Shown here: positions 55,901 to 64,000 of the stretch, piece by piece
Numbering within the stretch: the first letter of the stretch is position 1
Layout of the letters: the number at the start of each line of letters is the position of its first letter
Source: Eledone cirrhosa
Taxonomy: Eukaryota
DNA length: 64,000 bases
Assembly: GCA_964016885.1 (NCBI GenBank)
Contig: OZ024741.1
Span: 253,828,001 to 253,892,000, forward strand
Reading direction: 5' to 3'
The notes under the pieces: generated by a model
What the model was told of the DNA's origin: nothing
Database searches by the model: none
The model's input: the letters and a program-made list of their open reading frames with translations, nothing else
Position numbers and translations under genes: made by a program

Positions 55901-58900
55901 TGTGTATATACCTGTTGGTATATGTGTGACATTAAGACTGTGTATATACCTGTTGGTGTATGTGTGACATTATGACTGTGTATATACCTGTTGGTGTATG
56001 TGTGACATTAAGACTGTATATATACCTGTTGGTGTATGTGTGACATTAAGTCTGTATATATACCTGTTGGTGTATGTGTGACATTATGACTGTGTATATA
56101 CCTGTTGGTGTATGTGTGACATTAAGACTGTGTATATACCTGTTGGTGTATGTGTGACATTATGACTGTATATATACCTGTTGGTGTATGTGTGACATTA
56201 AGACTGTGTATATACCTGTTGGTGTATGTGTGACGTTATGACTGTATATATACCTGTTGGTGTATGTGTGACATTATGACTGTATATATACCTGTTGGTG
56301 TATGTGTGACATTATGACTGTGTATATACCTGTTGGTGTATGTGTGACATTATGACTGTGTATATACATGTTGGTGTATGTGTGACATTATGACTGTGTA
56401 TATACCTGTTGGTGTATGTGTGACATTATGACTTCATATATACATGTTGGTGTATGTGTGACATTAAGACTGTATATATACCTGTTGGTGTATGTGTCAC
56501 ATTATGACTGTGTATATACCTGTTGGTGTATGTGTGACATTATGACTGTGTATATACCTGTTGGTGTATGTGTGACATTAAGACTGTATATATACCTGTT
56601 GGTGTATGTGTGACATTAAGACTGTGTATACCTGTTGGTGTATGTGTGACAGTATGACTGTGTATATACCTGTTGGTGTATGTGTGACATTATGACTGTG
56701 TATATACCTGTTGGTGTATGTGTGATATTAAGACTGTATATATACCTGTTGGTGTATGTGTGACATTAAGACTGTATATATACCTGTTGGTGTATGTGTG
56801 ACATTAAGACTGTATATATACCTGTTGGTGTATGTGTGACATTATGACTGTGTATATACCTGTTGGTGTATGTGTGACATTAAGACTGTATATATACCTG
56901 TTGGTGTATGTGTGACATTATGACTGTGTATATACCTGTTGGTGTATGTGTGACATTAAGACTGAATATATACCTGTTGGTGTATGTATGACATTATGAC
57001 TGTGTATATACCTGTTGGTGTATGTGTGACATTAAGACTGTATATATACCTGTTGGTGTATGTGTGACATTAAGACTGTGTATATACCTGTTGGTATATG
57101 TGTGACATTAAGACTGTGTATATACCTGTTGGTGTATGTGTGACATTATGACTGTGTATATACCTGTTGGTGTATGTGTGACATTAAGACTGTATATATA
57201 CCTGTTGGTGTATGTGTGACATTAAGTCTGTATATATACCTGTTGGTGTATGTGTGACATTATGACTGTGTATATACCTGTTGGTGTATGTGTGACATTA
57301 AGACTGTGTATATACCTGTTGGTGTATGTGTGACATTATGACTGTATATATACCTGTTGGTGTATGTGTGACATTAAGACTGTGTATATACCTGTTGGTG
57401 TATGTGTGACGTTATGACTGTATATATACCTGTTGGTGTATGTGTGACATTATGACTGTATATATACCTGTTGGTGTATGTGTGACATTATGACTGTGTA
57501 TATACCTGTTGGTGTATGTGTGACATTATGACTGTGTATATACATGTTGGTGTATGTGTGACATTATGACTGTGTATATACCTGTTGGTGTATGTGTGAC
57601 ATTATGACTTCATATATACATGTTGGTGTATGTGTGACATTAAGACTGTATATATACCTGTTGGTGTATGTGTCACATTATGACTGTATATATACCTGTT
57701 GGTGTATGTGTCACATTATGACTGTATATATACCTGTTGGTGTATGTGTCACATTATGACTGTATATATACCTGTTGGTGTATATGTGACATTAAGACTG
57801 TATATATACCTGTTGGTGTATGTGTGACATTAAGACATTATATATACCTGTTGGTGTATGTGTGACATTAAGACTGCATATATACCTGTTGGTGTATGTG
57901 TGACATTAAGACTGTGTATATACCTGTTGGTGTATGTGTGACATTATGACTGTATATATACCTGTTGGTATATGTGTGACATTAAGACTGTATATATACC
58001 TGTTGGTGTGTGTGTGACATTATGACTGTATATATACCTGTTGGTGTATGTGTGACATTATGACTGTATATATACCTGTTGGTGTATGTGTGACATTAAG
58101 ACTGTATATATAGCTGTTGGTGTATGTGTGACATTATGACTGTATATATACCTGTTGGTGTATGTGTGACATTAAGACTGTATATATACCTGTTGGTGTA
58201 TGTGTGACATTAAGACTGTATATATACCTGTTGGTGTATGTGTGACATTAAGACTGTATATATACCTGTTGGTGTATGTGTGACATTATGACTGTATATA
58301 TACCTGTTGGTGTATGTGTGACATTATGACTGTATACCTGTTGGTGTATGTGTGACATTATGACTGTATATATACCTGTTGGTGTATGTGTGACATTAAG
58401 ACTGTATATATACCTGTTGGTGTATGTGTGACATTATGACTGTGTATATACCTGTTGGTGTATGTGTGACATTAAGTCTGTATACCTGTTGGTGTATGTG
58501 TGACATTAAGACTGTGTATATACCTGTTGGTGTATGTGTGACATTATGACTGTATATATACCTGTTGGTGTATGTGTGACATTAAGGCTGTGTACCTGTT
58601 GGTGTATGTGTGACATTAAGACTGTGTATATACCTGTTGGTGTATGTGTGACATTAAGACTGTATATATACCTGTTGGTGTATGTGTGACATTATGACTG
58701 TGTATACCTGTTGGTGTATGTGTGACATTATGACTGTGTATATACCTGTTGGTGTATGTGTGACATTAAGACTGTATATATACCTGTTGGTGTATGTGTG
58801 ACTTTAAGACTGTGTATACCTGTTGGTGTATGTGTGACAGTATGACTGTGTGTATACCTGTTGGTGTATGTGTGACATTATGACTGTGTATATACCTGTT

Positions 58901-61900
58901 GGTGTATGTGTGACATTAAGACTGTATATATCACATATACACCTGTTGGTGTATGTGTGACATTAAGACTGTATATATACCTGTTGGTGTATGTGTGACA
59001 TTAAGACTGTATATATACCTGTTGGTGTACGTGTGATATTAAGACTGTATATATACCTGCTGATGTATGTGTGACATTATGACTGTGTATATACCTGTTG
59101 GTGTATGTGTGATATTAAGACTGTATATATACCTGTTGGTGTATGTGTGACATTAAGACTGTATATATACCTGTTGGTGTATGTGTGACATTAAGACTGT
59201 ATATATACCTGTTGGTATATGTGTGACATTAAGACTGTATATATATCTGTTGGTGTACGTGTGACATTAAGACTGTATATATACCTGTTGGTGTATGTCT
59301 GACATTAAGACTGTATATATACTGTTGGTGTATGTGTGACATTATGACTGTGTATACCTGTTGGTGTATGTGTGACATTATGACTGTGTATATACCTGTT
59401 GGTGTATGTGTGACATTATGACTGTGTATATACCTGTTGGTGTATGTGTGACATTAAGACTGTATATATACCTGTTGGTGTATGTGTGACATTAAGACTG
59501 TGTATACCTGTTGGTGTATGTGTGACAGTATGACTGTGTATATACCTGTTGGTGTATGTGTGACATTATGACTGTGTATATACCTGTTGGTGTATGTGTG
59601 ATATTAAGACTGTATATATACCTGTTGGTGTATGTGTGACATTAAGACTGTATATATACCTGTTGGTGTATGTGTGACATTAAGACTGTATATATACCTG
59701 TTGGTGTATGTGTGACATCAAGACTGTATATATACCTGTTGGTGTATGTGTGACATTAAGACTGTATATATACCTGTTGGTGTATGTGTGACATTATGAC
59801 TGTGTATATACCTGTTGGTGTATGTGTGACATTAAGACTGTATATATACCTGTTGGTGTATGTGTGACATTAAGACTGTATATATACCTGTTGGTGTATG
59901 TGTGACATTAAGTCTGTATATATACCTATTGGTGTATGTGTGACATTAAGACTGTATATATACCTGTTGGTGTATGTGTGACATTATGACTGTGTATATA
60001 CCTGTTGGTGTATGTGTGACATTAAGACTGTATATATACCTGTTGGTGTATGTGTGACATTAAGACTGTATATATACCTGTTGGTGTATGTGTGACATTA
60101 AGACTGTATATATACCTGTTGGTGTATGTGTGACATTAAGACTGTATATATACCTGTTGGTGTATGTGTGACATTATGACTGTGTATATACCTGTTGGTG
60201 TATGTGTGACATTAAGACTGTATATATACCTGTTGGTGTATGTGTGACATTAAGACTGTGTATATACCTGTTGGTATATGTGTGACATTAAGACTGTGTA
60301 TATACCTGTTTGTGTATGTGTGACATTATGACTGTGTATATACCTGTTGGTGTATGTGTGACATTAAGACTGTATATATACCTGTTGGTGTATGTGTGAC
60401 ATTAAGACTGTATATATACCTGTTGGTGTATGTGTGACATTATGACTGTGTATATACCTGTTGGTGTATGTGTGACATTAAGACTGTATACCTGTTGGTG
60501 TATGTGTGACATTAAGACTGTGTATATACCTGTTGGTGTATGTGTGACATTATGACTGTATATATACCTGTTGGTGTATGTGTGACATTAAGACTGTGTA
60601 TATACCTGTTGGTGTATGTGTGACATTAAGACTGTATATATACCTGTTGGTGTATGTGTGACATTATGACTGTATATATACCTGTTGGTGTATGTGTGAC
60701 ATTATGACTGTGTATATACCTGTTGGTGTATGTGTGACATTATGACTTCATATATACCTGTTTGTGTATGTGTGACATTATGACTGTATATATACCTGTT
60801 GGTATATGTGTGACATTAAGACTGTATATATACCTGTTGGTGTGTGTGTGACATTATGACTGTATATATACCTGTTGGTGTATGTGTGACATTATGACTG
60901 TATATATACCTGTTGGTGTATGTGTGACATAAAGACTGTATATATAGCTGTTGGTGTATGTGTGACATTATGACTGTATATATACCTGTTGGTGTATGTG
61001 TGACATTAAGACTGTATATATACCTGTTGGTGTATGTGTGACATTAAGACTGTATATATACCTGTTGGTGTATGTGTGACATTAAGACTGTATATATACC
61101 TGTTGGTGTATGTGTGACATTATGACTGTATATATACCTGTTGGTGTATGTGTGACATTATGACTGTATACCTGTTGGTGTATGTGTGACATTATGACTG
61201 TATAAATACCTGTTGGTGTATGTGTGACATTAAGACTGTATATATACCTGTTGGTGTATGTGTGACATTAAGACTGTATACCTGTTGGTGTATGTGTGAC
61301 ATTAAGACTGTGTATATACCTGTTGGTGTATGTGTGACATTATGACTGTATATATACCTGTTGGTGTATGTGTGACATTAAGACTGTGTACCTGTTGGTG
61401 TATGTGTGACATTAAGACTGTGTATATACCTGTTGGTGTATGTGTGACATTAAGACTGTATATATACCTGTTGGTGTATGTGTGACATTATGACTGTGTA
61501 TACCTGTTGGTGTATGTGTGACATTATGACTGTGTATATACCTGTTGGTGTATGTGTGACATTATGACTGTGTATATACCTGTTGGTGTATGTGTGACAT
61601 TAAGACTGTATATATACCTGTTGGTGTATGTGTGACATTAAGACTGTGTATACCTGTTGGTGTATGTGTGACAGTATGACTGTGTATATACCTGTTGGTG
61701 TATGTGTGACATTATGACTGTGTATATACCTGTTGGTGTATGTGTGACATTAAGACTGTATATATACCTGTTGGTGTATGTGTGACATTAAGACTGTATA
61801 TATACCTGTTGGTGTATGTGTGACATTAAGACTGTATATATACCTGTTGGTGTATGTGTGATATTAAGACTGTATATATACCTGCTGGTGTATGTGTGAC

Positions 61901-64000
61901 ATTATGACTGTGTATATACCTGTTGGTGTATGTGTGATATTAAGACTGTATATATACCTGTTGGTGTATGTGTGACATTAAGACTGTATATATACCTGTT
62001 GGTGTATGTGTGACATTAAGACTGTATATATACCTGTTGGTGTATGTGTGACATTAAGACTGTATATATACCTGTTGGTGTATGTGTGACATTAAGACTG
62101 TATATATACCTGTTGGTGTATGTGTGACATTAAGACTGTATATATACCTGTTGGTGTATGTGTGACATTATGACTGTATATATACCTGTTGGTGTATGTG
62201 TGACATTATGACTGTATACCTGTTGGTGTATGTGTGACATTATGACTGTATATATACCTGTTGGTGTATGTGTGACATTAAGACTGTATATATACCTGTT
62301 GGTGTATGTGTGACATTATGACTGTGTATATACCTGTTGGTGTATGTGTGACATTAAGACTGTATACCTGTTGGTGTATGTGTGACATTAAGACTGTGTA
62401 TATACCTGTTGGTGTATGTGTGACATTATGACTGTATATATACCTGTTGGTGTATGTGTGACATTAAGACTGTGTATATACCTGTTGGTGTATGTGTGAC
62501 ATTAAGACTGTATATATACCTGTTGGTGTATGTGTGACATTATGACTGTATATATACCTGTTGGTGTATGTGTGACATTATGACTGTGTATATACCTGTT
62601 GGTGTATGTGTGACATTATGACTGTGTATATACATGTTGGTGTATGTGTGACATTATGACTGTGTGTATACCTGTTGGTGTATGTGTGACATTATGACTT
62701 CATATATACCTGTTGGTGTATGTGTGACATTAAGACTGTATATATACCTGTTGGTGTATGTGTCACATTATGACTGTATATATACCTGTTGGTGTATGTG
62801 TCACATTATGACTGTATATATACCTGTTGGTGTATGTGTCACATTATGACTGTATATATACCTGTTGGTGTATATGTGACATTAAGACTGTATATATACC
62901 TGTTGGTGTATGTGTGACATTAAGACTGTATATATATCTGCTGGTGTATGTGTGACATTATGACTGTCTATATACCTGTTGGTGTATGTGTGATATTAAG
63001 ACTGTATATATACCTGTTGGTGTATGTGTGACATTAAGACTGTATATATACCTGTTGGTGTATGTGTGACATTAAGACTGTATATATACCTGTTGGTGTA
63101 TGTGTGACATTAAGACTGTATATATACCTGTTGGTGTATGTGTGACATTAAGACTGTATATATACCTGTTGGTGTATGTGTGACATTATGACTGTATATA
63201 TACCTGTTGGTGTATGTGTGACATTAAGTCTGTGTATATACCTGTTGGTGTATGTGTGACATTAAGACTGTGTATATACCTGTTGGTGTATGTGTGACAT
63301 TAAGACTGTATATATACCTGTTGGTGTATGTGTGACATTAAGACTGTATATATACCTGTTGGTGTATGTGTGACATTATGACTGTATATATACCTGTTGG
63401 TATATGTGTGACATTAAGACTGTATATATACCTGTTGGTGTGTGTGTGACATTATGACTGTATATATACCTGTTGGTGTATGTGTGACATTATGACTGTA
63501 TATATACCTGTTGGTGTATGTGTGACATTAAGACTGTATATATAGCTGTTGGTGTATGTGTGACATTAAGACTGTGTATATACCTGTTGGTGTATGTGTG
63601 ACATTATGACTGTATATATACCTGTTGGTGTATGTGTGACATTAAGACTGTGTACCTGTTGGTGTATGTGTGACATTAAGACTGTGTATATACCTGTTGG
63701 TGTATGTGTGACATTAAGACTGTATATATACCTGTTGGTGTATGTGTGACATTATGACTGTGTATACCTGTTGGTGTATGTGTGACATTATGACTGTGTA
63801 TATACCTGTTGGTGTATGTGTGACATTATGACTGTGTATATACCTGTTGGTGTATGTGTGACATTAAGACTGTATATATACCTGTTGGTGTATGTGTGAC
63901 ATTAAGACTGTGTATACCTGTTGGTGTATGTGTGACAGTATGACTGTGTGTATACCTGTTGGTGTATGTGTGACATTATGACTGTGTATATACCTGTTGG
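4921..64000 (+). repeat. 38-bp tandem satellite array, ~1,550 monomers, consensus TGTGTGACATTA(A/T)GACTGT(A/G)TATATACCTGTTGGTGTA
   Basis: The 38-bp period can be read directly (e.g. ATTA.GAC at 5041, 5079, 5117). All monomers are head-to-tail in one orientation, with no unique spacers and no visible TE insertions. Length variants of 34, 36, 40 and 42 bp arise from TA/TG slippage. The array runs off the right edge of the window. Confidence 0.99.

Noticed and set aside
23120-62849. 61-65 aa ORFs (MCDIMTVYIPVGVCVTLRL...) within the satellite
   Set aside because: They arise where a variant removes the TGA that recurs in frame every third monomer, and identical ORFs simply mark duplicated blocks.
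4921-64000. CRISPR-like array (38-bp repeat with dyad symmetry)
   Set aside because: The monomers are directly abutting with no unique spacers, there is no leader or cas gene, and the flank is eukaryotic TE sequence.
4921-64000. Telomerase-made telomeric repeat (the TTGGTGTA core and G/T skew resemble long budding-yeast telomere units)
   Set aside because: The flanking repeats look metazoan, where TTAGGG is expected, and kb-scale duplicated variant patterns indicate recombinational amplification rather than templated addition. A subtelomeric location is not excluded.
4921-64000. 5 x 38 = 190 bp nucleosome-length higher-order unit
   Set aside because: I could see no regular 5-monomer periodicity in the variants, so this is a numerical coincidence without MNase data.

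Overview
This window is repetitive, essentially non-coding eukaryotic DNA. The SINE, the RTE-type LINE tail and the TG/TA microsatellite style suggest a mollusc, probably Octopus; this is recalled family resemblance, not a database hit. Bases ~1-4.9 kb are a patchwork of transposon relics. These are two tRNA-derived SINE copies, two adjacent hAT-type MITEs that share one 8-bp target site (three TSD copies), a head-to-tail Helitron array nested inside the second MITE, an RTE-type LINE 3' remnant and simple repeats. From ~4,920 to the window end (59 kb, ~1,550 monomers, still open at 64,000) there is one uninterrupted, head-to-tail 38-bp satellite, consensus TGTGTGACATTA(A/T)GACTGT(A/G)TATATACCTGTTGGTGTA. 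Rare variant monomers show kb-scale, irregular block duplications (offsets of 1,248, 3,449, 3,744, 5,038, 6,602-7,774 and ~10,400 bp). They also reveal two variant-defined domains and a 9-bp inverted, templated insertion that extends the monomer's built-in hairpin. I see no supported protein-coding gene and no CRISPR array; all listed ORFs look like repeat or low-complexity artefacts. All coordinates and offsets were read by eye.
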